Of a DNA stretch of 27,749 bases, positions 1 through 7,542 are shown piece after piece (the stretch's first letter is position 1; the number at the start of each line of letters is the position of its first letter). A program made the translations under genes and the position numbers. Origin of the DNA: Dehalococcoidia bacterium (GTDB taxonomy: Bacteria; Chloroflexota; Dehalococcoidia; Lucifugimonadales; Australimonadaceae); contig CAUYXS010000001.1 of assembly GCA_963577205.1 (NCBI GenBank), positions 1 to 27,749 of the forward strand. Reading direction: 5' to 3'. The notes under the pieces were generated by a model. It did not search any database and was not told where the DNA came from. It worked only from the letters and a program-made list of their open reading frames with translations.

Positions 1-307
1 CAAGCTTATCGGCGATGTGGCGACCGGTCACGGCACCGAACAGGCGCCCCGTCGGCCCGACCCTAGCCTCGATCACCACGTGCGATCCGGCGATGGCGTC
101 GGCGACTACCTGCCAGTCGCTGGATTCCTTTACGCGCTTGTCCACTGCCACCTTCTGAATGGCGTTGGTGCGTTGAAGGGCATCGACTGTGGCAGCCGTG
201 GCGAGGCTCCGCGGCAACAGGAAGTTGCGCGCGAAACCGTTCTTGACCTCTCGGACCTCGCCCGCGTCGGCCGTTCCGGGCACGTCCTCTAGAAAGATAA
301 CTCGCAT
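1..307 (-). CDS. rplI: 50S ribosomal protein L9; 5' part only, runs off the window edge (not in the ORF track)
   Basis: Manual translation from ATG at 307: MRVIFLEDVPGTADAGEVREVKNGFARNFLLPRSLA...VIEARVGPTGRLFGAVTGRHIADKL. This carries the L9 N-terminal motif V..G(F/Y)ARNFL.P and the G.LFG.VT motif. SD-like GAGGT at 321-317. Confidence 0.95.
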   Translation of the reverse strand, partial: MRVIFLEDVPGTADAGEVREVKNGFARNFLLPRSLATAATVDALQRTNAIQKVAVDKRVKESSDWQVVADAIAGSHVVIEARVGPTGRLFGAVTGRHIADKL

Positions 308-363
308 AGCATTACTACCTCGATCGGGATAGGCCACAGACTGGCACGGTGGTCCGATCCAAC

Positions 364-372
364 AGGATAACA
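364..372 (-). promoter_or_regulatory. Putative extended -10 (TGtTATCCT) for rplI
   Basis: The minus strand reads TG-t-TATCCT about 55 nt upstream of the rplI ATG. No good -35 at 17 bp. Confidence 0.35.
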
Positions 373-460
373 TCCGAGTGTAGAACTCAGGGGAATTACC
401 GCACTAGTCCCGAAGGTCCCTTGATGGCGCCAGGGGGGATTACGGGGGTTGCCTTCTCGT

Positions 461-496
461 CGGAGGCTCAAAGGCCGGCCGGCCTTTGACCCTCCG
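461..496. repeat. 36-bp near-perfect palindrome (22-bp perfect core at 468-489) downstream of purL; possible terminator or REP-like element
   Basis: cggagg-c-tcaaaggccggccggcctttga-c-cctccg is its own reverse complement except for one mismatched pair. No U-tract on the minus strand. Confidence 0.6.
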
Positions 497-573
497 CGGT
501 CAGTGCCTGCTCTCGCCGCTCAGCGTGACGCGGGCTGATGGCCAAGAGTGATAAGGAATAAGGCGATGCGCTG

Positions 574-2784
574 CTATCCCGCCAGCGCGCGCGCCAGTCC
601 AGTTTCATGGGCCTCGGCCAGCGCCGCGAGGGGCACGTCCACCAGGCCGCTCCAGCGCAGCTTGACGCCGTCCACGTTGCCTAGACGGACTGCTGGTACG
701 CCTGCGCTCGCGGCGAACTCCAGTAGCGCGTGTGTCCCCGACGGCGAGGCCGAAACGACGACGCGTGATGCCTGCTCGCCGAACAGCGCGGCGTCCCAAC
801 GTCCTACGACCTTCGCATCCAGTTCAACCCCGACGCCGCCAATGATCGCCGACTCTGCGACGGCGACCGCGAGGCCGCCCTCGGAGCAGTCGTGGGCCGA
901 GTGCAGCAGCCGTGCCTCGGCCAGCTCGACCAGTAGCGCTTGGAGCCGTGCCTCTGCCGTGAGGTCGATGTTCGGTCGTCCGTTAACCTGCTCATGGACA
1001 TGAGCTAAGTACTCCGAGCCGGCCAGGTCAGAGGCCAGACCGGCGACTCCATCGGCGCCCAACAAGATCACGGCGTCGCCAGCGCGCTTGAAGCCAGCGG
1101 TCACAGACGCTTCCGCGCTTGCCAGCAGGCCAAGGGCTCCGACCACAGGAGTCGGGTAGATGGCCTGCCCTCTCGTCTCGTTGTAGAGCGACACATTGCC
1201 GCTGACAACGGGAACGCCCAAGGCCTCGCACGCGTCTGCCATGCCCCGGATGGCCTGCTCAAGCTGGTAGTACACCTCTGGGTTTTCGGGGTTGCCGAAG
1301 TTGAGGCAGTCGGTGACGGCCTGGGGCCGGGCGCCGGTGCAGGCAACGTTGCGGCAGGCCTCGGCTACGGCCATGGCTCCGCCTATGTACGGCTCTAGGT
1401 AGGCCATGCGGCCGTTGCCGTCGATGGCGACGGCGATGGCCCGTGTGGTGCCCCGGAGTCGCAAGACAGCGGCGTCGGCCTGGCCCGGCTTGATGAGTGT
1501 GTTGGTCTGTACCTCGTGGTCGTACCGCCGGTAAATGGCGCGGCGCGAGGCGACGTTGGGCGAGGCCAGCATCCGCTTCAGCAGCTCGTTGGCCTGGCTG
1601 CGCGCCGGCTCCAGCGGCATGGGCGCCGCGTGCAGCGCGTCGAGCCCCACCGGCCGGACGCCGGTGGGGCGGTATTGCGGGGCATCGACCAGCGCGGCCA
1701 CCGGCGCTTCGCCCACCACCGTGCCTCCGTCGACGACACGCGCGATGCCGTCGGCCGTGACATGGCCGATCACAGCGTGGGACAGGTCCCAGCGATCGAG
1801 AATGCCTACCACCTCGGCCTCGTGGCCGGACTTCGGGATAAGCAGCATCCGTTCCTGAGATTCCGAGAGCATGACCTCATAGGCCGTCATGCTGGCCTCG
1901 CGGCGCGGCACCATGGACACGTCGAGCTCGAACCCCGTGCCGCCACGGTGGACGCTCTCGACCACCGAACTGGTCAGCCCGGCGGCACCCAAGTCCTGCA
2001 TGCCTTCGAGATGACCTCCGCGTGCCACTTCGAGGCAGGCCTCGATGAGCACCTTCTCGAGGAAGGGGTCCCCGACCTGGACCGTCGGCCGCATCTCCCT
2101 CTCCTCTTCGAAGGTGCGCGAGGCTAGGCCGGATGCGCCATGGATACCGTCGCGCCCGGTCGAGGCCCCCACCAGCATCAGTGCGGCGCCGGGCGTGCTG
2201 GCCGCCGCGCGCACTAGCGAGCCGTGAGGCAGTAGGCCGACGCACATGGCGTTGACCAAAGGGTTGCCCGAGTACGAGGCGTCGAACTGGACTTCGCCTC
2301 CCACGTTGGGGATGCCGACGCAGTTACCGTAGCCGGAGATGCCGGCGACGATGCCCTCGAAAAGGTGCCGGTTCTGGGCGTCACCGGGCGGGCCGAAGCG
2401 CAGCGAATTGAGGAGCGCGACCGGACGTGCGCCCATCGCCAGGATGTCGCGAATGATGCCGCCGACACCGGTGGCTGCACCCTGGTAGGGCTCGACGGCC
2501 GAGGGGTGGTTGTGCGACTCGGCCTTGAAGACGACACTGAGGCCGTCGCCCACGTCCACCATCCCGGCGTTCTCCTCGCCCGCCCCCACCTGGACGGCTG
2601 CCCCCGTGGTCGGGAACAGCCCCAGCAGCGGTTTGGAGTGCTTGTAACCGCAGTGCTCGCTCCACATCGCCCCGAACATCCCAAGCTCTACCTCGGTAGG
2701 CTCGCGCGCTAGCTGCTGGACGATCAGCTTGTACTCGTCGCGGTTGAGCGCGATCTGGTCCAGAGTCTCTTTTGATGCGCTCAT
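574..2784 (-). CDS. purL: Phosphoribosylformylglycinamidine synthase subunit PurL (small form, 736 aa)
   Basis: Motifs WSEHCGYK, ESHNHPSAVEPYQGAATGVGGIIRD, QDLGAAGL, SESQERM, DCLNFGNPE and VVSGNVSLYNE. The likely start ATG at 2784 (MSASKETL) overlaps the upstream stop (ATGA). The ORF-track start at 3009 is an overextension. Confidence 0.97.
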   Translation of the reverse strand: MSASKETLDQIALNRDEYKLIVQQLAREPTEVELGMFGAMWSEHCGYKHSKPLLGLFPTTGAAVQVGAGEENAGMVDVGDGLSVVFKAESHNHPSAVEPYQGAATGVGGIIRDILAMGARPVALLNSLRFGPPGDAQNRHLFEGIVAGISGYGNCVGIPNVGGEVQFDASYSGNPLVNAMCVGLLPHGSLVRAAASTPGAALMLVGASTGRDGIHGASGLASRTFEEEREMRPTVQVGDPFLEKVLIEACLEVARGGHLEGMQDLGAAGLTSSVVESVHRGGTGFELDVSMVPRREASMTAYEVMLSESQERMLLIPKSGHEAEVVGILDRWDLSHAVIGHVTADGIARVVDGGTVVGEAPVAALVDAPQYRPTGVRPVGLDALHAAPMPLEPARSQANELLKRMLASPNVASRRAIYRRYDHEVQTNTLIKPGQADAAVLRLRGTTRAIAVAIDGNGRMAYLEPYIGGAMAVAEACRNVACTGARPQAVTDCLNFGNPENPEVYYQLEQAIRGMADACEALGVPVVSGNVSLYNETRGQAIYPTPVVGALGLLASAEASVTAGFKRAGDAVILLGADGVAGLASDLAGSEYLAHVHEQVNGRPNIDLTAEARLQALLVELAEARLLHSAHDCSEGGLAVAVAESAIIGGVGVELDAKVVGRWDAALFGEQASRVVVSASPSGTHALLEFAASAGVPAVRLGNVDGVKLRWSGLVDVPLAALAEAHETGLARALAG

Positions 2785-3248
2785 GCCGTCGCTCCGACCA
2801 CACCTACGCCCGCGACCACCATCGCGGCGCCCACGAGGGCTCGCGGTGTGATTCGCTCCTGCCCGCGCAACAACACAAAGACGAAGGCGTAGGAAACCAG
2901 CGGCACCGCGCCGGTGATCGGGGCGCCGACGCTGAATGGGATGCGCTCTAGTGCCGTGTAGAAAGCGCTGATGGCGAGAGCGAAAGACGCGCCGGCGCCC
3001 GCGATCCATAGCATTGCGCCCCGGTTGATCCGACGGGTGCGCCGCAGGAGCGGCCCATTGACGGCGATGACGAAGCTCAGGCCGAAGCCGGCCTCGAAGA
3101 ACCCAACGGTGACTCCGGGCGTGGCGTCATCGACAAGCCGGCTGGCGATGAACCCCGCCGACGCGAACGACATAGCCGCAATCAGCGTGAGCAGGATGCC
3201 ACTGGTTGCGCGGGACGCTCCCGGCTTGCTCCGCTCGGCAGACGTCAC
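2781..3248 (-). CDS. Half-size EamA/DMT-family membrane protein (single repeat, about 5 TM, 155 aa)
   Basis: About five hydrophobic segments; DMT-like tail ...PLVSYAFVFVLLRGQERITPRALVGAAMVVAGV. The GTG start overlaps the upstream TGA (GTGA at 3248-3245). Confidence 0.8.
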   Translation of the reverse strand: MTSAERSKPGASRATSGILLTLIAAMSFASAGFIASRLVDDATPGVTVGFFEAGFGLSFVIAVNGPLLRRTRRINRGAMLWIAGAGASFALAISAFYTALERIPFSVGAPITGAVPLVSYAFVFVLLRGQERITPRALVGAAMVVAGVGVVGATA

Positions 3249-3688
3249 TGGAGCACCTTGCCGCGCTCACTGACCAGCACTCCGACGCCCAGAACGATGG
3301 CGAAGGCCCCGCCGATGGTGGCGCTGCTGGGGCGCTCGTCCGCGATAACCACCGCAAGCAGGATGGCAAACAGCGGTGCGGCGCCGAGCATCGGTGCGGC
3401 AAGGGTGATCCCCACCCGATGGAGGCCGTGAAAATAGAGCAACTGCCCGGACACGTTGGACAAGAAACCCATGAGCGCGGTGAAGGCGTAGAACGCCGCC
3501 GTCTGAGAGGTCAGTACGTCTAACCCCTCCAGAGCCACAGCGAACACTGCAAGAGTCAGCGCGGTGACCGCCACGGTGACCGTGACCACCACGCCGGGCG
3601 CCGTTGTGTTTAGTGCCTTGCGCACCAAAACGTCACCGAAGCCGAAGGCGAGCGTCGCCACTAGCGCAAGCGCGATTCCCAATCCCAT
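3245..3688 (-). CDS. Half-size EamA/DMT-family membrane protein (single repeat, about 5 TM, 147 aa)
   Basis: Typical EamA repeat: GIALALVATLAFG...LYFHGLHRVGITLAAPMLGAAPLFAILLAVVIADER....IGGAFAIVLGV. Confidence 0.85.
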   Translation of the reverse strand: MGLGIALALVATLAFGFGDVLVRKALNTTAPGVVVTVTVAVTALTLAVFAVALEGLDVLTSQTAAFYAFTALMGFLSNVSGQLLYFHGLHRVGITLAAPMLGAAPLFAILLAVVIADERPSSATIGGAFAIVLGVGVLVSERGKVLQ

Positions 3689-3694
3689 GTCGCC

Positions 3695-4405
3695 TCAGAC
3701 CGCCGCGGCATGCTCGATCGCGCTAGCGATCGACTGGATGATCAGAAGGCCGTCGGTGCCGCCAAGAGCGGTCTCGACGACGCGCTCGGGGTGCGGCATC
3801 AGGCCAAGGACGTTGCCAGCCTCGTTGGTGACGCCGGCGATGTTGGCGCGCGAGCCATTCGGGTTCGCTGTCGCGTTGACGTTGCCGGCGGCGTCGCAGT
3901 AGCGAAGCACGATCTGCCCGTTTGCTTCGATGCGCTCGAGCCCTGCGTCGTCGATGAAGTAATTGCCATCGCCATGGGAGATGGGCAGCGATACGACCTG
4001 CTCTTGATGGCACAGCGACGTGAACGGCGCGGCGGCACGCTCCACGCGTAAATGTTGCTCCTGGCAGCGGAACTGCAAGTGGCTATTGCGCATGAGGGCG
4101 CCGGGCAACAGCCCGGCCTCGCACAGTACCTGGAAACCGTTACACGAGCCGATGACCGGCCCTCCGTCGCCAGCGAAGCGCACGATGGCCTCCATCACCG
4201 GCGAGAAGCGTGCAATGGCGCCGGGACGCAGGTAGTCGCCGTAGGAAAATCCGCCGGGGAGGACCATGCAGTCAAACCGGCTGACGTTCGTCTCTTTGTG
4301 GAATACGTACCCGGCATCGGCCCCGAGCACATCCACCAGCGCGTGATGCCAGTCCGTGTCGCTCCAAGTGCCGGGGAAAACCACGATGCCGAACCTGAGG
4401 GCCAT
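3695..4405 (-). CDS. purQ: FGAM synthase glutaminase subunit PurQ
   Basis: VVFPGT, LPGGFSYGDYLRPGAIA, catalytic GSCNGFQ and MPHPER; SD AGGAGG upstream. Confidence 0.97.
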   Translation of the reverse strand: MALRFGIVVFPGTWSDTDWHHALVDVLGADAGYVFHKETNVSRFDCMVLPGGFSYGDYLRPGAIARFSPVMEAIVRFAGDGGPVIGSCNGFQVLCEAGLLPGALMRNSHLQFRCQEQHLRVERAAAPFTSLCHQEQVVSLPISHGDGNYFIDDAGLERIEANGQIVLRYCDAAGNVNATANPNGSRANIAGVTNEAGNVLGLMPHPERVVETALGGTDGLLIIQSIASAIEHAAAV

Positions 4406-4425
4406 TAAATACAGTGCCTCCTGGG

Positions 4426-4878
4426 CTAAGTCAACGAGTCGAGCAACTCGCTGACGACCGTGTTCACGACCGAGCCGTCGGCTTTGCCGCGCAGCTGCGG
4501 CATGAGCTTGCCCATGACCTTGCCGCGGTCGCCGGGGCCGCTAGCCCCGACCTCAGTGGCGGCCTGCTTGGCCAGTGCTAGGACCTCGTCCGTGCCCAGC
4601 TGTTCGGGCAGGTAGCGCATGACCACTGCCAGTTCCGCCTCTTCCTTGTCGACCAAGTCATCGCGGCCGGCCTGACGGAAAGTGTCGATGCTCTCGCGGT
4701 ACTGCCGCATCATGCGGGCGAGAATCTCGACCGTCGCCTCCTCGCTGACCTCTTCGCCTTTCTCTTTTTCCTTGTTCTGGACGGCGGCACGGACCATGCG
4801 AATGGCCGTCTTGGCCACCGCGTCGTGGCCCCTCATGGCTGTGTACAGGTCGTCCCTGAGTCGTTCTTGGATGGTCAC
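4426..4878 (-). CDS. GatB/YqeY domain protein (150 aa)
   Basis: From GTG 4878: MTIQERLRDDLYTAMRGHD...IRMVRAAVQNKEKE...ESIDTFRQAGRDDLVDKEEAELAVVMRYLPEQL...GKVMGKLMPQLRGKADG, the YqeY pattern. The start overlaps the ribH stop (GTGA). The track start at 5208 is an overextension. Confidence 0.93.
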   Translation of the reverse strand: MTIQERLRDDLYTAMRGHDAVAKTAIRMVRAAVQNKEKEKGEEVSEEATVEILARMMRQYRESIDTFRQAGRDDLVDKEEAELAVVMRYLPEQLGTDEVLALAKQAATEVGASGPGDRGKVMGKLMPQLRGKADGSVVNTVVSELLDSLT

Positions 4879-5363
4879 GCGCTTACCCCTTGGCCTTCGC
4901 GCAACGCGCGGAATAGGTTGGCCATCTTGACGGCGGCATCGGCGGCATCGGCGCCTCGGTTGCCGAGCTTCCCGCCCGCGCGGTCGGCAGCCTGCTCCGC
5001 GTTCTCCACCGTGAGCACACCAAAGGAGACCGGCACGCCGGTTTCGCGAGCGACCTCGGCGACGCCGCGCGCCGCCTCCGTGGCGACGTGGTCGTAGTGT
5101 GAAGTCTCGCCGCGGATGACCGCGCCTAGAGTCACCAGCGCATCCCACTGGCGCGAATCGGCCATGCGCCTGGCTGCCTGGGGCAGCTCCAGCGCCCCGG
5201 GGACCCATGCCACCAGCGTGTCTTTTTCGCGGACGCCGGCGCGCTGGAGCGCATCGAGCGCCCCGCTCAACAGCCGGGCCGTGACGAACTCGTTGAACTG
5301 GGAGGCGATGAGCCCGACTCGGAGGCCGTTTCCGTCGAGGCTGGGCCGTAGTTCGGGTGGCAT
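4875..5363 (-). CDS. ribH: 6,7-dimethyl-8-ribityllumazine synthase
   Basis: SQFNEFVT, VPGALELP, LGAVIRGETSHYDHVA, FGVLTVEN..QA.DRAGGK.GNRG. Confidence 0.97.
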   Translation of the reverse strand: MPPELRPSLDGNGLRVGLIASQFNEFVTARLLSGALDALQRAGVREKDTLVAWVPGALELPQAARRMADSRQWDALVTLGAVIRGETSHYDHVATEAARGVAEVARETGVPVSFGVLTVENAEQAADRAGGKLGNRGADAADAAVKMANLFRALREGQGVSA

Positions 5364-5375
5364 GAGCCTATTGTA
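5364..5375 (-). promoter_or_regulatory. -10 box TACAAT 6 nt before the ribH ATG (leaderless layout)
   Basis: The minus strand reads TACAAT-aggctc-ATG, with no SD sequence. Confidence 0.65.
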
Positions 5376-5381
5376 GCGGGG

Positions 5382-5402
5382 CCGTAGCCCGCCGGGCTAC
5401 GG
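5382..5402. repeat. Perfect 9-3-9 inverted repeat just upstream of the ribH -10; terminator of the upstream RNA or an operator
   Basis: CCGTAGCCC-gcc-GGGCTACGG. Confidence 0.55.
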
Positions 5403-5599
5403 AGCGTGCTTGCATTGACCGCGACGTAACCGCGGGGTGCCCCGTACCCTTGGGAGCGACGCAACGGGGCGGGCGAAGAGAGCATATCCGTTGAGGCACT
5501 GCGGACTTCTCCAATTGCCAGACAGAACCGCACAGAGCGAGCCCGCCATAGGCTCCCGACACCGGCGGACTCGAAAGAACGCAAGGCCTAAGCCACGCT
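5403..5599 (-). ncRNA. Candidate structured ncRNA of about 200 nt, possibly 6S RNA; strand uncertain
   Basis: No credible ORF. Nested long-range helices: 5403-5408/5594-5599, 5409-5413/5581-5585, 5430-5433/5565-5568, 5452-5457/5552-5557 and 5468-5474/5541-5547. The minus-strand motif order GGGAGC..UGGCG..GGCACC..GGUCAA resembles my recollection of 6S RNA motifs. Confidence 0.4.
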
Positions 5600-5690
5600 A
5601 GCAAGGCCGGCCAGGCCTTAGGCTTGCATTGTGAACCAGGTTGCGCCCGCTCGCCTCACGGCGTGGCTGGGTACGGCCAACGCACCGGCC

Positions 5691-6917
5691 CTAGCTGCCG
5701 GTGTCGGAGGCCGCCGCGTCCAGAGGGCCGAGCAGGTGCCCCATTTTGTCGCGCTTGGTTTGCAGGTAACGGAGGTTCTCGGGGATGGGCCTCGCGACAA
5801 TGGGGACGCGCTCGGCAATTTCGAGACCGTAGCTATCCAGTCCGATCACCTTCTTGGGGTTGTTGGTGATGAGCCGCATCTTGTGCACGCCGAGCGTTCG
5901 CAGAATCTGCGCGCCGATACCGTAGTGACGTAGGTCGGCGGGGAATCCCAGCCGTTCGTTGGCCTCGACGGTGTCGGCGCCATCGTCTTGCAGCGCGTAG
6001 GCAAGGATCTTGTTGTGGATGCCGATGCCGCGGCCTTCCTGCCGCATGTACAGCAGGACACCGCGCCCCTCGGTCCCCATCATCTCTAGGGCCATCTGGA
6101 GCTGGGTGCCGCAATCGCAGCGCAGGCTGCCGAAGACGTCTCCGGTTAAGCACTCGCTGTGGACGCGGACTAGGACCGGCCCCTCTCCTGAGATGTCGCC
6201 GAAGACAATGGCGACGTGCTCGTCCTTGCCGACAGTGGTGCGGAAAGCGACAACCTTGGCCTCACCGTAGCGGGTCGGCAGTTTGGCCTCGGCGGTGAGC
6301 TCGATGAGCGTCTCGTGCTCCAGGCGGTAGGCGATGATGTCGGCGACGCTGATGATGTTTAGCCCGTGCAACTCGGCGAACGCCTCAAGGTTCGGCCCGC
6401 GCGCCATGGTCCCGTCGTCGTCCAGAATCTCGCACAGCACGGCGGCCGGCTTCAGGCCCGCGAGGCGCGCTAGGTCTACCGAGGCCTCGGTTTGGCCGAC
6501 ACGCACGAGTACGCCGCCGTCTTGCGCAGCCAGAGGAAACAGGTGGCCGGGGCGTGCCAGGTCCGTGGGGCGAGTCTCGGGGTCGACCAGCGCCCGCACC
6601 GTCTCAGAGCGGTCGAAGGCCGAGATGCCGGTGCCGCCGTTGTCGATGTCCACCGAAACGGTGAAGGCAGTGGCATAGCGAGCCGTGTTGCGAGGGACCA
6701 TCGGATCGAGCCCTAGCTCGCTGAGACGCTCGTTGGTCAGCGGCACGCAGATGAGGCCGCGTCCGAACTTGGCCATGAAGTTGATTGCTTCGGGCGTGGT
6801 GCACTCGGCAGCGATGACGAGGTCACCCTCGTTCTCGCGGTCTTCGTCGTCGACGACGATGACGAACTTGCCCGCGCGGATGTCGTCGAGACCCTGTGCC
6901 ACACTTGCCAGTGGCAC
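5691..6917 (-). CDS. ribBA: Bifunctional DHBP synthase / GTP cyclohydrolase II
   Basis: [18 protein letters not shown] and RPGHLFPL (RibB); [27 protein letters not shown] and RLITNNPKK (RibA); SD GAAAGGA. Confidence 0.97.
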   Translation of the reverse strand: MPLASVAQGLDDIRAGKFVIVVDDEDRENEGDLVIAAECTTPEAINFMAKFGRGLICVPLTNERLSELGLDPMVPRNTARYATAFTVSVDIDNGGTGISAFDRSETVRALVDPETRPTDLARPGHLFPLAAQDGGVLVRVGQTEASVDLARLAGLKPAAVLCEILDDDGTMARGPNLEAFAELHGLNIISVADIIAYRLEHETLIELTAEAKLPTRYGEAKVVAFRTTVGKDEHVAIVFGDISGEGPVLVRVHSECLTGDVFGSLRCDCGTQLQMALEMMGTEGRGVLLYMRQEGRGIGIHNKILAYALQDDGADTVEANERLGFPADLRHYGIGAQILRTLGVHKMRLITNNPKKVIGLDSYGLEIAERVPIVARPIPENLRYLQTKRDKMGHLLGPLDAAASDTGS

Positions 6918-6919
6918 GG

Positions 6920-7504
6920 CTAGTCCTTTCGCTCTGCGGTCAGTCGTTCGATGTACTTGGCCAAAATGTCCATTTCCAAATTCACTCGATCACCAGCCTG
7001 TCGCGTGCCCAGCACCGTGTGCTCCCGCGTATACGGTACCACGGCCACACCGAAGACCGGCCCATCTACCGTGGTGACGGTGAGGCTGATGCCGTCCACG
7101 GCTATGAAGCCCTTTTCGACGACGTAGCGCGCCAGCTCCGACGGCGCCTCGACTATCAGGCGCGTGTTTTCGGCGGTGCCGCCGAAGGAAGTGATGGTCC
7201 CGACGCCGTCGACATGGCCCTGGACGATGTGCCCGCCGAACCGAGCGCTCGCTAGGAGCGCTCGCTCGAGATTGACGCCGTCGCCGGCCTGTATTCTGCC
7301 AAGGTTCGTGCGCGCCAGCGTCTCCTCGGCGAGGTCGGCGCTGAAGCCGTTGGCGGAGCGCTCGACCACCGTCAGGCAGGCACCGTTTACCGAAATGCTA
7401 TCGCCGAGCGACAGGTCGGCCGCGACCGTCTGCGTACGCACGCTGAGCCGATGAGGCGACAGCGCGGTGACAATGCCGACCTCTTCGATGATCCCAGTGA
7501 ACAT
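6920..7504 (-). CDS. ribE: Riboflavin synthase alpha chain (ribE in B. subtilis naming, ribC in E. coli)
   Basis: [49 protein letters not shown]. Confidence 0.97.
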   Translation of the reverse strand: MFTGIIEEVGIVTALSPHRLSVRTQTVAADLSLGDSISVNGACLTVVERSANGFSADLAEETLARTNLGRIQAGDGVNLERALLASARFGGHIVQGHVDGVGTITSFGGTAENTRLIVEAPSELARYVVEKGFIAVDGISLTVTTVDGPVFGVAVVPYTREHTVLGTRQAGDRVNLEMDILAKYIERLTAERKD

Positions 7505-7542
7505 GAATCCGCTCTTGGCCTATCTGCCGGAGTAGCCGACGT

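Noticed and set aside
289-471. 60-aa minus-strand ORF in the purL-rplI spacer
   Set aside because: It overlaps the rplI start out of frame, begins inside the palindrome, and has no SD or recognisable motif.
2785-3009. ORF-track N-terminal extensions: purL to 3009, yqeY to 5208, thiE from 8811, nuoI to 16958, nuoH to 18151, nuoC to 20025, translin from 20350
   Set aside because: Most extensions overlap a well-supported neighbouring gene, and all read as low-complexity off-frame sequence. Downstream starts with SD, stop-start overlap or a -10 box fit family lengths better.
5500-5570. Fragments resembling an FMN riboswitch upstream of ribH (TCCCGACACCGGCGG and AGCCCGC on plus; GTCTGG..GGAGAAG on minus)
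   Set aside because: The pieces are in the wrong order and on different strands, there is no GGGCGGGGUGAAAUUCCC core, and ribH appears leaderless.
6460-6510. RibB domain has GQTEA instead of the more familiar GHTEA
   Set aside because: To my knowledge the GQTE variant is common in RibBA proteins, and all other catalytic motifs are intact, so it is not evidence of inactivation.
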